Virus record (IMG/VR): IMGVR_UViG_3300014527_000045
Location: 1 to 16,698 of that record
Source of the DNA: a virus
Lineage: Duplodnaviria > Heunggongvirae > Uroviricota > Caudoviricetes
DNA: 16,698 nt
Reading direction: 5' to 3' (one strand)
Program-made: the position numbers and the translations under genes
Part shown: one piece after another, positions 6,784 through 16,698 of the stretch
Layout: each line of letters opens with the position of its first letter
Position numbering within the stretch: the first letter of the stretch is position 1
The notes under the pieces: generated by a model
What the model saw: only the letters and a program-made list of their open reading frames with translations
Database searches by the model: none
Told to the model about the DNA's origin: nothing

Positions 6784-9156
6784 TTAATACAGGTTTCGCC
6801 ACTTATCATCTTCCTGCAAACGCTGGTTCCGATAGAAGATACGTAGGCCTGCTCCTGACGGAATACTGCCGCCGCGAAGCAGTAAATCGACCTCTTTCTC
6901 GCTGCCATCAAATCCCCTGGACTTCAGTTCATACACGAGCTGCAGTCGCTGATGGTCTGTAATTCGCTGTTTGTAGTCTTTACGCCGTTTCGGTTTCACC
7001 AGGCGTAACCTTGCTGCCAGTTCCCGGCGCTCTTTTTTGCTCATACTGTGCAGGTAATCGTGCAACTCCTTGTCATCCATGCGGGTGATATCCGTTCTGG
7101 TATCTCCATCAGTTGATTTGTCTTTCCCTTGTTGGTACAAATTTTCAGCAAGGGGACAGTTATTGCCACGAGTCCAAGGGGCGCAAGCGCCCTGGTCGGC
7201 TGCCGCCTCCTGAACGTCAACGGCTTTACGAACCATTTTCCACTTCACTGCATGAGTGCAGATCTTACCCTCTGCAATGGGTGACCAGATGCCATAAATA
7301 CGAATACCGTGATCGCCATAGGCGGTCGGCTCTTCGTTAATTTCATAAGCTGTTCTGATAAGGTGATATTTGCGGGGAACCAGCACGCCGCCCTGCTTCA
7401 TGATGTAGGTGGCAAAACAGCCAGCATCAGCAGCAGCCAGGATGGCATCAAGGCGTGGGTTATCCAGTACCGGCGCACCTGCTTTTTTGTCCCCCTGCTG
7501 CCTTGCCGCCTGACCAGCCAGCAATCGCAGTTCACGGTAAGCCTGACGCCCCGGAATACCAAAGAAGCGGAATTGCTGAACACGATGCAGAGACGCCCAG
7601 GCATTAACGTATTCAGCGTTATCACGCAGGGATTTACCCGTTTCCTTGCTGATCTCACCAGCCAGACCACGCCCGTCAATGTTCTTACTGATGTATTTCG
7701 CGATGTAGCTTGTTGGCGTACCTTTGCGCGGGTTTATCAGCTCAGACTTAAAGCGTGGTCCCGTGTTATTACCCAGCTCCTCGCGGTCTTCACGAATGGC
7801 AAACTTACGCAGTAATGCAGTGATGGCGCGGCGGTCTTTTTTGCGCATAAAACACAACAGGTGCCAGTGAACTGTACCGTCATGATGCGGCTCAGCCACC
7901 CGCACGCCATACCAGCGCAATCCGGCTTTGTGCATCGCCTTACGAAATGCAGCAAACATGCCGACCAAATAATCACTGCTTTGTCTTACTGTCGCGTTGG
8001 TCCAGGTCGGGTTTGGCCTGCCGTTATTTAGCGTGGAATGGAAACGTGACGGACAGGTGATGGTGTAGAAAACGGCGCAGTCACCACGCATTTCCGCGAT
8101 AAGCTCCAGGCCTTTAACACAGGCCATCATCTCGTTGCGGCGATGCGCCGGGTTGCTGCTGCTGGCGTTTACCACATCCTCCATGTTCAGCGTGTCGCCG
8201 TCTTCGTTCACCAGTTCATGAGAACGGAAAAACTCCAGCGACTTACGGCGCTGCTCACGTTTATGCATCACGGCTTCATAGCTGACATAGGGAGATGCTT
8301 TTTTGCTGACCAGGCAGACAGCACGCAACTGCTCTTCCCGCCATTCGCAACGCATCTTCCATAATTTCCGATACCACCAGTCGGCGCACAGCATACGCGC
8401 CAGCGAACCCGGAATGAGTTCATAAGGCACAGGTTTGCGGCGGTTTCTTTTCCGGCGGAGTTGCTCAAACGCAGGCGGTATGACATCCAGTCGCAGGGTT
8501 TCTGCAGCCACCTTTTCCCATGTCTTGCGGATTTCTTCTGGCTTAACATCATCGGTGGCATACAAATCACCACAAGCTACATCAAGGCACATACTCATAT
8601 GCGCAGCTACCAGGGTGGACAGGCGTTTCACCTGATCCTGACTCATTTCAGGCAGAATCAGCAGGCCGTCCAGCCCTTCATGGCTTGCCATAAAGCGAAA
8701 AGAAGTGGATAGCTGACTGTCGCGTACATGCTCCAGCCGTTCCAGACATGGCTTAATCGTCTCACGCAAATAGCGGGAATAAGCCTTTGGCCTGCCAAGG
8801 CTGCTGAAGTATTCAATACGTTGCATCAGCGGCTTGCTGATATGGGAAGGCTGGGCATTGACGTCCGCCAGAATGACCATATCTGGATTAAAACGCTGCT
8901 GCTCATGCGCCAGCTTTGCCCGACTAATGAGCTTATCCTGCTCCATTTCGCGCTGGACAGGATCACGGGATTCATTAAAGAAATAACGCTCCCAGACCTG
9001 ATCACTCAGTACCTCGCGGCGCAGGTGTTCCTGCTCGTTATCGGCAGCGTACAGAGCGATCAGGTTTGAAAGCGCAGAAACTGAAGATTGCTCTTCTGTC
9101 TCTACGTAAGGATTGATTGCTTTTTTCTCAGCATTCCAGGAATAGCTGTAGTTCAT
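6784..9156 (-). CDS. Replication initiation protein, P2 gpA-like (rolling-circle nicking enzyme)
   Basis: 790-aa ORF whose size and position (between the early region and the right-end/cos region) match gene A of P2/186 phages. Its start overlaps the stop of the upstream gene. The plus-strand ORFs inside it are antisense artefacts. Confidence 0.85.
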   Translation of the reverse strand: MNYSYSWNAEKKAINPYVETEEQSSVSALSNLIALYAADNEQEHLRREVLSDQVWERYFFNESRDPVQREMEQDKLISRAKLAHEQQRFNPDMVILADVNAQPSHISKPLMQRIEYFSSLGRPKAYSRYLRETIKPCLERLEHVRDSQLSTSFRFMASHEGLDGLLILPEMSQDQVKRLSTLVAAHMSMCLDVACGDLYATDDVKPEEIRKTWEKVAAETLRLDVIPPAFEQLRRKRNRRKPVPYELIPGSLARMLCADWWYRKLWKMRCEWREEQLRAVCLVSKKASPYVSYEAVMHKREQRRKSLEFFRSHELVNEDGDTLNMEDVVNASSSNPAHRRNEMMACVKGLELIAEMRGDCAVFYTITCPSRFHSTLNNGRPNPTWTNATVRQSSDYLVGMFAAFRKAMHKAGLRWYGVRVAEPHHDGTVHWHLLCFMRKKDRRAITALLRKFAIREDREELGNNTGPRFKSELINPRKGTPTSYIAKYISKNIDGRGLAGEISKETGKSLRDNAEYVNAWASLHRVQQFRFFGIPGRQAYRELRLLAGQAARQQGDKKAGAPVLDNPRLDAILAAADAGCFATYIMKQGGVLVPRKYHLIRTAYEINEEPTAYGDHGIRIYGIWSPIAEGKICTHAVKWKMVRKAVDVQEAAADQGACAPWTRGNNCPLAENLYQQGKDKSTDGDTRTDITRMDDKELHDYLHSMSKKERRELAARLRLVKPKRRKDYKQRITDHQRLQLVYELKSRGFDGSEKEVDLLLRGGSIPSGAGLRIFYRNQRLQEDDKWRNLY

Positions 9157-9986
9157 TACGCAATCTCCAGTTCGAGCTGTGAAGGCTGCAAACCATTCGA
9201 CAGCCAGTCAGAAACTGAAGGTGGGCGAACAGCTTCAATTGCACCTTTTAAAATTGCGCAACGGTTTTTCAGAATGACAGCTTTCAGCTCCTTTTCCGTC
9301 AGATTGCGCGAATACTCAGCCTCCTGAATAGCCCGCGTAAGCTCAGGATATTTGCTATTAAATTTGGGGACATTGCAGGCAAGATTTGTACTGTCGGCAG
9401 TCGCCAGTGGGTAATTTCCCAACACACGACCGTCAAGCATGCGCAAACCATGAACAGCTGTTTTGAAATTGTGTCGGCAATAAATTGCTTCAAAAGCGTC
9501 CTGCATACGACGATGCCAGTGCGCAGTTCTAATAGCCGCATATTCACCAGACGATCCAAAGCAGACACGAGGCCATTCACGACATAGCTCGATAAGCCGA
9601 TCGATTGACTCGTGCAGATGCCAGACGGGAGTTGCCTTCCCGTAGAACATTTTCGGAACTTCGTTTATCAGGGCATCATTGTCACGTTCACCTCCGTCCA
9701 CAACATCAGGAATGACAAAAAAAGCGACCTTAGGATGGTGGTAATAGTTCAGGAGCCATTTATAAAAATCACTCCAGTTAATTTTTAGCCCACGCCCCCA
9801 TGCAGAAAATGCGCCGTTATCAATGCCAACGACCTGAGCGTGCTGAATGGACGCCGCAATCTGATCTGGTCGTACATAGGAGACGAAAGCACCAGCTCCG
9901 CTCACCGCAATACGATGAACGTCGCCAGCACTTCCCCAGACAGGCGTCCCATGGAAATGATGAATTCCGTGGTGCATTTCTTTCAC
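9156..9986 (-). CDS. Conserved phage protein of unknown function, co-transcribed with Dam
   Basis: 276-aa ORF overlapping Dam at its 5' end (9983-9986) and gene A at its 3' end (9156). I do not recognise the family. Confidence 0.6.
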   Translation of the reverse strand: MKEMHHGIHHFHGTPVWGSAGDVHRIAVSGAGAFVSYVRPDQIAASIQHAQVVGIDNGAFSAWGRGLKINWSDFYKWLLNYYHHPKVAFFVIPDVVDGGERDNDALINEVPKMFYGKATPVWHLHESIDRLIELCREWPRVCFGSSGEYAAIRTAHWHRRMQDAFEAIYCRHNFKTAVHGLRMLDGRVLGNYPLATADSTNLACNVPKFNSKYPELTRAIQEAEYSRNLTEKELKAVILKNRCAILKGAIEAVRPPSVSDWLSNGLQPSQLELEIA

Positions 9987-10837
9987 ACTTGCACCCCGAA
10001 AATAACAGTAGAGTCACGTCCCCTACTAAAATCGGCACTAAACCAATTAGCAGATTTAGTGGCAATCATCTCTGTTGCAAATTTTCCCTCCCCCGCTGCA
10101 ACGCCGATGCTGCGTTTCGCCCTGATGTAGTGGTGAGTGAAATTACGATAAAGAGACCGGGTCAAAGACGTGTCACTGTTAGAAACAATGACCGGATGTC
10201 CTTCAGATGCTCGATGTTCAAGAACGGATGCCAGGTGATACTGGTCATCTTCAGTGAAACCATCAGTGTGATAGCCGGAAAACGTACCGTCATACGGCGG
10301 ATCGCAATACACCACATCCCCCGCCTTCAACATCGCCAGCGTTTCATCAAAGCTGGCGCAGAAAAACGTTGCCCGCTGGGCTTTTTCTGCAAATGCGCGA
10401 ATTTCTTTTTCAGGGAAATACGGATTTTTATAATTACCGTAGGGAATGTTGAAATGCCCGCTCTTGTTATAGCGGCATAAACCACGGTAACCGTGACGAT
10501 TGAGATACAGAAAATATACCGCTTTCATGAAATCAGTAATTTCAGTGGAGTAATTAAACTCCTGCCTTATGTTGTAATAAGCCACCTCCCTGTTTGCGAT
10601 CTCAAATAAAACTCTGGCGCGAGATATAAACGATTCACAATCAGCGGCAACCTTTTTATAGAGGTTGATTAAATCAGGATTAATATCCGCAACCAGATAG
10701 CTGGGGTAATCCGTCTCCATCATCACAGCACAGGAACCCGCGAAAGGTTCAACCAGTCGCGGGCCAGCAGGAAGGTGTTTTTTCAGTTCGGACATTATGG
10801 CGGTTTTATTTCCCGCCCATTTCAGGATAGTGCTCAT
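9983..10837 (-). CDS. dam: DNA adenine methyltransferase (Dam family, N6-adenine)
   Basis: From the internal ATG at 10837: [11 protein letters not shown]... (the Dam N-terminal motif) and [11 protein letters not shown] (DPPY catalytic motif). This start overlaps the upstream ORF stop (ATGA). Confidence 0.85.
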   Translation of the reverse strand: MSTILKWAGNKTAIMSELKKHLPAGPRLVEPFAGSCAVMMETDYPSYLVADINPDLINLYKKVAADCESFISRARVLFEIANREVAYYNIRQEFNYSTEITDFMKAVYFLYLNRHGYRGLCRYNKSGHFNIPYGNYKNPYFPEKEIRAFAEKAQRATFFCASFDETLAMLKAGDVVYCDPPYDGTFSGYHTDGFTEDDQYHLASVLEHRASEGHPVIVSNSDTSLTRSLYRNFTHHYIRAKRSIGVAAGEGKFATEMIATKSANWFSADFSRGRDSTVIFGVQV

Positions 10838-11061
10838 ACAGCACCTCCGTTGTAATGTTTGCCTTTCAGCTCTGCGATTTCCTGACAGGTAATGCAAAGC
10901 TGCACACCCGGAATGGCACGGCGGCGTGCTGGCGGAATTGGCGCTTCACACTCAATGCAAAGCACGCGAGACACGCCCGGTGTTTTGGCACGGGCAGCAC
11001 GGATATGGCGCTGGCGTTCTTCTTCAACGCGCTGCTGTACGAGATCCATTGCATCAGCCAT
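10834..11061 (-). CDS. TraR/DksA-family C4 zinc-finger protein
   Basis: 75 aa with CIECEAPIP...CITCQ, two CxxC pairs as in phage TraR/DksA-like proteins. Confidence 0.65.
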   Translation of the reverse strand: MADAMDLVQQRVEEERQRHIRAARAKTPGVSRVLCIECEAPIPPARRRAIPGVQLCITCQEIAELKGKHYNGGAV

Positions 11062-11300
11062 TAGTGGATCTCCTGCGCTTCGTTCTGGATTGCTTCAGCA
11101 GTCACACGCAGCAGTTCTGCCGCTTCCACGTGGTTTAGCTGACGGGATGAGATATGACACGCCAGGCTATCAAGGCGAGCTGCCATTGCTTCAGCCCTTG
11201 CCCGGCGTTCTTCCAGACGAGCCTCTGTCAGTAAAATATTAAGCCCTGCATCATCCGGTCCGGTTTTAGTCGTGAGGATTTCAATATTACGCATAATCAA
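11061..11300 (-). CDS. Hypothetical phage early protein
   Basis: 79-aa ORF in the same-strand operon, with a coupled stop/start overlap at 11061. Confidence 0.5.
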   Translation of the reverse strand: MIMRNIEILTTKTGPDDAGLNILLTEARLEERRARAEAMAARLDSLACHISSRQLNHVEAAELLRVTAEAIQNEAQEIH

Positions 11301-11361
11301 TTCTCCTGAATTTAGATAAAGGGATACCCGGCGGGTTTACGCCATTAATTTCATTAGTTGG

Positions 11362-11703
11362 TTAATTCGGCATGGTTAGCCGTCTGGGAAATAAGCTCAC
11401 CACTGCACGAAAATGATTCATTGCTTTAATCAACTCCCGCTTTTCGTCAGTGGTCAGCTCATTGATGCTGATGCTATGACGTTCAGCCGGAATTTTTGCC
11501 ATAAAGAATATGGCTGCCAGTGCTCGTTTATTTTGTTCGTTATTGATATCCCGTGGATCACGCATATCTTTAATAAACCGCTCAAGCTCTGACTCAATAT
11601 TCAGGCCAAAAACTTTCGCCCTTAATTCCGCTATGTGATTAAGTCCATTCAGGCGTTCACCGGGGCTTAATGGAACAGTCGCCGCAGCGCCTTCAATAGC
11701 CAT
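11362..11703 (-). CDS. Hypothetical phage early protein
   Basis: 113-aa ORF on the same strand as the early operon. Confidence 0.55.
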   Translation of the reverse strand: MAIEGAAATVPLSPGERLNGLNHIAELRAKVFGLNIESELERFIKDMRDPRDINNEQNKRALAAIFFMAKIPAERHSISINELTTDEKRELIKAMNHFRAVVSLFPRRLTMPN

Positions 11704-11867
11704 TTGTTCCCCCGTTTTTTCGTAGATAGTTCTGCCAGCAATTCATCTTGTGAACGGCACGGATGCCAGCGTTTACCATCCTCACCCATGATCCAGCCGT
11801 GACCGTAGTGCATTGCCGGGCTTTGTTTTACCAGCAGCGATGCAAATGATGGTTCTTTCGTCAGCAT
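11667..11867 (-). CDS. Hypothetical small phage early protein (start uncertain)
   Basis: The 76-aa ORF overlaps both neighbours; an internal start (MLTKEP...) at 11867 removes the overlap with cII. Confidence 0.35.
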   Translation of the reverse strand: MLTKEPSFASLLVKQSPAMHYGHGWIMGEDGKRWHPCRSQDELLAELSTKKRGNKWLLKALRRLFH

Positions 11868-11874
11868 AAGCACC

Positions 11875-12390
11875 TCACAGCAAACCGAATGAAGCACCGA
11901 GGCCAGTCACGGTATCAACTGCACTCGCCATCGCAGGATTAGCCTGTAAACGGGCCTGCAATGAAACAGCAGCCAGCGCCATCAGTCGTGTTACAGAGTT
12001 AATGCTGCTGATAGCATCACGACGACCGGCACTAGTTTTTACATCACCAGATACCGCACCTGCTGCAACACGTCCGATCTCTGCAGTTGCGCTCATGACG
12101 TAATGCGGCAGTTTCTCTTTTGCAACCTCATTAATCGGTACACATGGCAGGCAGTGAATCTGTGCCAGAAAACCATCTACCAGCGTTGAATCTTCAGTCA
12201 GATCGGTAAGCAGCCAGATTTCTGGTGCGGTTAATAAATGAGGCTGAGCTGGGTTCAGCTTGTTCCGCAGAATCTGCACATTCATGCCTGCACGTTCTGC
12301 CAGTTGCACCAGATTGTGGCGCAGTGCAAATGCACGACAGGCTTCATCAAAATGTGGATGTTTGGAAACTTGGTAATCAAACATGGTCAA
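11875..12390 (-). CDS. cII: CII-like transcriptional activator (phage 186 CII family)
   Basis: 171 aa, M(T)[20 protein letters not shown]..., closely resembling my recollection of 186 CII (about 169 aa) and in the same position after apl. Confidence 0.7.
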   Translation of the reverse strand: MTMFDYQVSKHPHFDEACRAFALRHNLVQLAERAGMNVQILRNKLNPAQPHLLTAPEIWLLTDLTEDSTLVDGFLAQIHCLPCVPINEVAKEKLPHYVMSATAEIGRVAAGAVSGDVKTSAGRRDAISSINSVTRLMALAAVSLQARLQANPAMASAVDTVTGLGASFGLL

Positions 12391-12416
12391 TGCCTCTGAT
12401 GTATTTCAGAATCGAA

Positions 12417-12638
12417 CTAATTAAGGTTTAGATTGCATTCTGAAAGCGCATCAACGGTCATGGCTGCTATGTTGATCATCACTTTTTCGCGTTTTTTATC
12501 TTTACGCAAACGGTGACGGATAAGGCGTCCATCAGCCAACATGTCATTGATGGTATCGATGGACAGTCCTGTCAGCTCGCTATAGCGTTCAATAGTCACA
12601 TGAGGCGTGGTAAGAGTGATTGAAATGTTAGGTCTCAT
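12417..12638 (-). CDS. apl: Apl/Cox-like excisionase and repressor of the lysogenic promoter
   Basis: 73-aa first gene of the leftward early operon, divergent from the repressor gene, with HTH-like [25 protein letters not shown]. Confidence 0.6.
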   Translation of the reverse strand: MRPNISITLTTPHVTIERYSELTGLSIDTINDMLADGRLIRHRLRKDKKREKVMINIAAMTVDALSECNLNLN

Positions 12639-12757
12639 GATGCAACATTCCTCGTTTAATGATGATTAATCAGGACGAATACGGATCGTTTGTATTTTGT
12701 GAACACCATAAACATACGATCGCATCATGAAATCGTCAAGATAAAAGTTCACTTGGA
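12639..12757. promoter_or_regulatory. Lysis/lysogeny switch region between apl and cI (expected face-to-face pR/pL promoters and operators)
   Basis: 119-bp AT-rich gap between the divergent apl and cI starts. Promoter hexamers were not confidently placed. Confidence 0.4.
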
Positions 12758-13333
12758 GTGACCATGAATTTGGAGAAAGGCGGACGAGGCGCTATAGAGC
12801 GCATGGTAGAAGCTTATGGATTCAAAACTCGACAGGCGTTGTGCGATCATTTAGGAATCTCTAAAAGTACACTCGCTACACGCTACATGCGTGACTCATT
12901 CCCAGCAGAATGGGTAATCCAGTGCGCCCTTGAAACGGGCACCTCGCTTAATTGGCTCACAACTGGACATGGTTCAAAGCAAACTTCAGGTAATACAAAT
13001 ACGATGGAAGTTGCTAAGTATGTATTATCTGATGGTGCCTTGCGTGAAGACGGTTTTTATATTTTTGATAAGGGATTTCTACCCTCTACGTTTAAAAAAC
13101 CTTTTGTCATCACAGATAACAATTCTGAATTTATTTGTGATAAAGAATTTGATGATATACGTGATGGTAAATGGGTAATAAGTATTGATGGCGAAATAAC
13201 AATCCGCGACATTACTCGTTTACCCGGTGGAAGAATCTTCGTTGAAGGTGGAAACAGATCCTTCGAGTGCAAGATAGAAGATGTTGAAATAATTGGAAAA
13301 ATTATAAGTTTAACAATTAAGTACGTTAGGTAA
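12758..13333 (+). CDS. cI: Immunity repressor CI (phage 186 CI family)
   Basis: 191 aa; the N-terminus ...AYGFKTRQALCDHLGISKSTLATRYMRDSFPAEWVIQCALETG... matches the 186 CI HTH region as recalled (186 CI is about 192 aa). Confidence 0.75.
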   Translation: MTMNLEKGGRGAIERMVEAYGFKTRQALCDHLGISKSTLATRYMRDSFPAEWVIQCALETGTSLNWLTTGHGSKQTSGNTNTMEVAKYVLSDGALREDGFYIFDKGFLPSTFKKPFVITDNNSEFICDKEFDDIRDGKWVISIDGEITIRDITRLPGGRIFVEGGNRSFECKIEDVEIIGKIISLTIKYVR

Positions 13334-13348
13334 TACCGGGAGTAAACT

Positions 13349-13540
13349 ATGCTTGGTAAGGTATTTTTTGTGGTTTTATCATGCTCTTTGTTATTAAACC
13401 CACTAACTACCTATGCTAAAAATTATCCTTGTTCTGGGAAAAAGGGAGGTGTCTCTCACTGTACCTCCGATGGAAAGTTCGTTTGCAATGATGGAACCAT
13501 TAGTAAATCAAAAAAAATCTGTACTAAAAACTCGCGATAA
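13349..13540 (+). CDS. Small secreted cysteine-rich protein (possible moron)
   Basis: 63 aa with a signal-peptide-like N-terminus ([23 protein letters not shown]) and several Cys in the mature part. AT-rich, lying between cI and int. Confidence 0.5.
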   Translation: MLGKVFFVVLSCSLLLNPLTTYAKNYPCSGKKGGVSHCTSDGKFVCNDGTISKSKKICTKNSR

Positions 13541-13726
13541 TTTTTGCTTTTATATCTGCGCCTAATATAACAATGAGCCGCAGGCTAACCGCAAAAGTCA
13601 CATACTCACATAGCAAAAAATAGCCAACTTCATTATGGCTTCAGTGAGATGTATGGTCGCAAGATTTCATACATTGACACTGGTTATACATACAGTAAAA
13701 ATGCTCTCTATTGGAGGGCATTTTTT

Positions 13727-14758
13727 ATGGCAGTACGAAAACTCACCACAGGAAAATGGCTTTGCGAATGTTACCCCGCCGGACGTAGTGGGCGTCGTGT
13801 GCGTAAACAATTCGCCACCAAAGGCGAAGCACTGGCTTTTGAGCGTCACACGATGGAAGAAACCGAAGCAAAGCCCTGGCTGGGCGAATCAGTAGATCGT
13901 CGAACCCTGAAAGACGTGGTTGAGCTATGGTTCAAACTACATGGTAAATCTCTGACTGCTGGGCAGCATGTCTATGACAAATTGCTGCTGATGGTTGACG
14001 CTCTGGGCAATCCCCTTGCAACCGATCTCACATCTAAAATGTTTGCCCATTATCGAGATAAACGACTGACAGGTGAGATCTACTTCAGCGAGAAATGGAA
14101 GAAAGGGGCCAGCCCGGTCACCATTAACCTGGAGCAAAGCTATCTAAGTAGTGTTTTTAGCGAACTATCCCGCCTGGGCGAATGGTCGTATCCAAACCCA
14201 CTGGAGAACATGCGAAAATTCACCATCGCAGAAAAAGAGATGGCATGGCTTACCCATGAGCAGATTGTTGAACTGCTGGATGATTGCAAACGTCAGGACC
14301 CAATTCTGGCACTGGTAGTCAAGATATGCTTAAGCACAGGCGCACGCTGGCGAGAAGCAATAAACCTTACCCGCTCACAGGTGACCAAATACCGAATTAC
14401 CTTTGTCAGAACGAAGGGGAAGAAAAACAGAAGCATCCCTATCAGTAAAGAGCTTTACGAAGAGATCATGGCGCTCGATGGGTTCAATTTCTTCACAGAC
14501 TGCTATTTTCAATTTTTATCCGTGATGGAAAAAACGTCTATCGTGCTCCCTCGCGGTCAACTGACACACGTTCTGCGCCATACGTTTGCGGCGCATTTTA
14601 TGATGTCGGGTGGAAATATCCTTGCTTTGCAAAAAATCCTCGGACATCACGACATAAAAATGACTATGCGTTACGCACATCTAGCACCGGATCACCTGGA
14701 AACTGCATTACGGTTTAATCCGCTGGCAACACTACCAACATCAATAGCAAGTTTTTGA
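13727..14758 (+). CDS. int: Tyrosine integrase (P2/186 Int family)
   Basis: ATG at 13727 is preceded by GGAGGG; the ORF track start at 13649 is too far upstream. Product MAVRKLTTGKW..., with C-terminal HVLRHTFAAHFMMSGGNILALQKILGHHDIKMTMRYAHL carrying the R...H..R...Y catalytic signature. Confidence 0.9.
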   Translation: MAVRKLTTGKWLCECYPAGRSGRRVRKQFATKGEALAFERHTMEETEAKPWLGESVDRRTLKDVVELWFKLHGKSLTAGQHVYDKLLLMVDALGNPLATDLTSKMFAHYRDKRLTGEIYFSEKWKKGASPVTINLEQSYLSSVFSELSRLGEWSYPNPLENMRKFTIAEKEMAWLTHEQIVELLDDCKRQDPILALVVKICLSTGARWREAINLTRSQVTKYRITFVRTKGKKNRSIPISKELYEEIMALDGFNFFTDCYFQFLSVMEKTSIVLPRGQLTHVLRHTFAAHFMMSGGNILALQKILGHHDIKMTMRYAHLAPDHLETALRFNPLATLPTSIASF

Positions 14759-14816
14759 AAATGCGTATTTTGCCCTGTTGAGCTAATATTCTTTTTTTTC
14801 ACATGGAGCACTATCA

Positions 14817-15086
14817 ATGAATAAGTTTCAGCATCAGGGAGCGGAATTGCGCAACAGAGCCAAAGAATTGGCTTTATCCGTACTTAAAACTCACCCAGAT
14901 GCCCAAAAAAACGGCAACGGCGTTAAGCAAGCTGAGGTATTTCGTCTAAGCGGCCTCGATTGGGGAGAAAAACGGAAAGCCACAAGTTCGAACCAACAAT
15001 ATTGGGTTGTTGCACTATTGCGTGAACTAGAAGAGGAGGGGTTAGTCGAACAGATTGAAGATAGGGGCCCATGGCGTCTAAGGTAA
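14817..15086 (+). CDS. Hypothetical protein between int and the host junction
   Basis: 89-aa ORF followed by an intrinsic terminator. Whether it is phage or host DNA is unknown. Confidence 0.5.
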   Translation: MNKFQHQGAELRNRAKELALSVLKTHPDAQKNGNGVKQAEVFRLSGLDWGEKRKATSSNQQYWVVALLRELEEEGLVEQIEDRGPWRLR

Positions 15087-15191
15087 AACAAGTGGCGACA
15101 AAGTGGCGGCAGCGGTTGGCATTACCCCGTAATCACCACCACTGACCACCAACCCAACTTATTGTTTTTACTCTAACTTATTGTTTCCATT

Positions 15192-15218
15192 AACCCATTT
15201 ACATAAATGGGTTTTTTG
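15192..15218 (+). terminator. Intrinsic terminator
   Basis: Stem aacccattt / aaatgggtt with loop acat, followed by a run of T on the plus strand. Confidence 0.45.
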
Positions 15219-15236
15219 TTGCCTGAAATTTATCTA

Positions 15237-15773
15237 CTACCCAGCAATCCTCTCAACCATCCTCAAAATCTCCTCGCGTGATAGCGGCTTACGGTCGGTG
15301 ACAAAATGCAGCGTCATTCCCTCAATAAACGCATCAAGCGCGCGGGCGGTTCCGGGTTCAAACCATTGTTCGAGCGTTTGTTGACTGCGCTGCATCCAGT
15401 TTTGCATTACCGTTTTTAAGAGCGGTTTTCGGCTAGCCAGCGCGTAGAGCTGGTACATCAGCTCCATATTATCCGGCGTTGCGACCTGTGAGCTGTAGAT
15501 CATATCGGTGATAGCCTGGCATGCGCCTGGAGCATCACTAACATCGCTAAAAAATGCCTGATATTGCCGGGACATGATCTCAGTAAAACGGCTGAACGCC
15601 TCCAGCAACAACTCATCAATTCCTGAAAAATAGTAGGTCATCGATCCCAACGGCACCCCGGCAAGGGTAGCAATTTTGCGGTGTGTAACAGCATGTATTC
15701 CGTAAAGTTTCACCGCCTCCAGCGTGGCCTGGATAATTTTTTCTCGCCGTTGCGGATCGTTAGCGCGACGCAT
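15237..15773 (-). CDS. rcdA: TetR-family transcriptional regulator RcdA (YbjK), host gene
   Basis: From the ATG at 15773: [43 protein letters not shown]... (178 aa), which I recognise as E. coli RcdA/YbjK. The ORF track start at 15803 adds 10 upstream residues. Confidence 0.8.
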   Translation of the reverse strand: MRRANDPQRREKIIQATLEAVKLYGIHAVTHRKIATLAGVPLGSMTYYFSGIDELLLEAFSRFTEIMSRQYQAFFSDVSDAPGACQAITDMIYSSQVATPDNMELMYQLYALASRKPLLKTVMQNWMQRSQQTLEQWFEPGTARALDAFIEGMTLHFVTDRKPLSREEILRMVERIAG

Positions 15774-15856
15774 GTCATTTCCTCTCTCTGCAATTGTGTA
15801 CAAATGTACACAGTCTTGCTAATGTTGTCTTCCCTCTTCTTATTTTGACGTGGTCT

Positions 15857-16684
15857 ATGACCGTAAATTCTTCACGTAATGCATTGAAACGCCGAACCTG
15901 GGCGCTGTTTATGTTCTTCTTTTTGCCAGGCCTGTTAATGGCGTCCTGGGCAACCCGTACGCCTGCTATCCGCGATATTCTCTCTGTCTCGATCGCTGAA
16001 ATGGGCGGTGTTCTCTTTGGTCTGTCGATCGGTTCGATGAGCGGTATTCTCTGCTCGGCGTGGTTAGTGAAACGCTTTGGGACGCGTAATGTCATCCTTG
16101 TGACGATGTCCTGCGCATTGATTGGGATGATGATATTAAGTCTGGCACTCTGGCTGACATCGCCCTTGCTCTTTGCCGTTGGTCTCGGCGTCTTTGGGGC
16201 TAGTTTTGGTTCTGCGGAAGTGGCGATAAACGTTGAAGGTGCCGCCGTTGAGAGAGAAATGAATAAGACGGTTTTACCGATGATGCACGGTTTTTATAGC
16301 CTGGGCACGCTGGCAGGCGCAGGTGTCGGGATGGCACTGACGGCCTTTGGCGTTCCGGCAACGGTGCATATTTTATTGGCGGCGCTGGTAGGCATCGCAC
16401 CTATTTATATCGCCATTCAGGCAATCCCTGACGGTACGGGCAAAAATGCTGCCGATGGCACCCAGCATGGTGAAAAAGGCGTACCTTTTTATCGGGATAT
16501 CCAGTTGCTGTTGATTGGTGTTGTGGTGCTGGCGATGGCCTTTGCCGAAGGTTCTGCCAACGACTGGTTACCCTTATTAATGGTTGATGGTCACGGTTTT
16601 AGCCCTACTTCCGGCTCGCTGATTTATGCCGGTTTTACCCTGGGGATGACCGTTGGACGCTTTACCGGCGGGTGGGTTATTTAA
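15857..16684 (+). CDS. ybjJ: MFS-type inner-membrane transporter YbjJ, host gene, divergent from rcdA; stops unusually early at 16682-16684
   Basis: From the ATG at 15857: [27 protein letters not shown]..., with multiple hydrophobic segments. The ORF ends 14 nt before the window end, at about 275 aa, whereas I recall YbjJ as roughly 400 aa. Confidence 0.75.
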   Translation: MTVNSSRNALKRRTWALFMFFFLPGLLMASWATRTPAIRDILSVSIAEMGGVLFGLSIGSMSGILCSAWLVKRFGTRNVILVTMSCALIGMMILSLALWLTSPLLFAVGLGVFGASFGSAEVAINVEGAAVEREMNKTVLPMMHGFYSLGTLAGAGVGMALTAFGVPATVHILLAALVGIAPIYIAIQAIPDGTGKNAADGTQHGEKGVPFYRDIQLLLIGVVVLAMAFAEGSANDWLPLLMVDGHGFSPTSGSLIYAGFTLGMTVGRFTGGWVI

Positions 16685-16698
16685 CGCTTCCGGCGCGG

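Noticed and set aside
6784-9156. Many plus-strand ORFs inside gene A (7113-7340, 7309-7815, 8143-8364, 8435-8635, 8461-8712, 8728-9069), plus minus-strand ORFs in other frames
   Set aside because: They lie wholly inside a long, well-supported coding frame and show no recognisable motifs or ribosome-binding sites; they are typical antisense or off-frame ORFs.
10855-11242. Plus-strand ORFs (10855-11064, 10892-11242, 10926-11138) opposite the TraR-like and 79-aa genes
   Set aside because: Antisense to a coherent, coupled minus-strand operon; no motifs.
15087-15236. The terminator hairpin at 15192-15218 as the terminator of rcdA
   Set aside because: The T-run follows the stem only on the plus strand, so it is oriented for the upstream plus-strand ORF, not for rcdA on the minus strand.
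1-16698. CRISPR arrays, rRNA or tRNA genes, insertion sequences
   Set aside because: No regularly spaced direct repeats, no tRNA-like cloverleaf at the junction, and no transposase-like ORF or terminal inverted repeats were seen.

Overview
This window is one arm of a P2/186-family temperate prophage in an Escherichia/Shigella-type chromosome, ending at the host genes rcdA (ybjK) and ybjJ. From left to right it holds: the terminase large-subunit gene (5'-partial, reading frame broken near 730-790) and the portal gene on the + strand; a visibly AT-rich 3.4 kb accessory cassette on the - strand; a cos-like sequence; a LexA-controlled tum/dinI-like SOS module; the replication gene A; a Dam methylase block; a 186-style cII/apl/cI switch; a tyrosine integrase; and the prophage/host junction. 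The cassette is the main finding: a retron-type reverse transcriptase, a short coupled ORF, an ABC-type ATPase and an HNH nuclease, preceded by a 28-bp perfect-stem hairpin that looks like an msd. It sits where P2 carries old/tin, and the gene set matches the retron RT + PtuA/PtuB-like (Septu-type) effector arrangement. The ATPase Walker A motif is interrupted by an in-frame TAA, so the module may be decaying, mis-sequenced or atypical. All calls come from reading the six-frame translations and the DNA by eye; no database search was run, and family assignments rest on remembered motifs and gene order.
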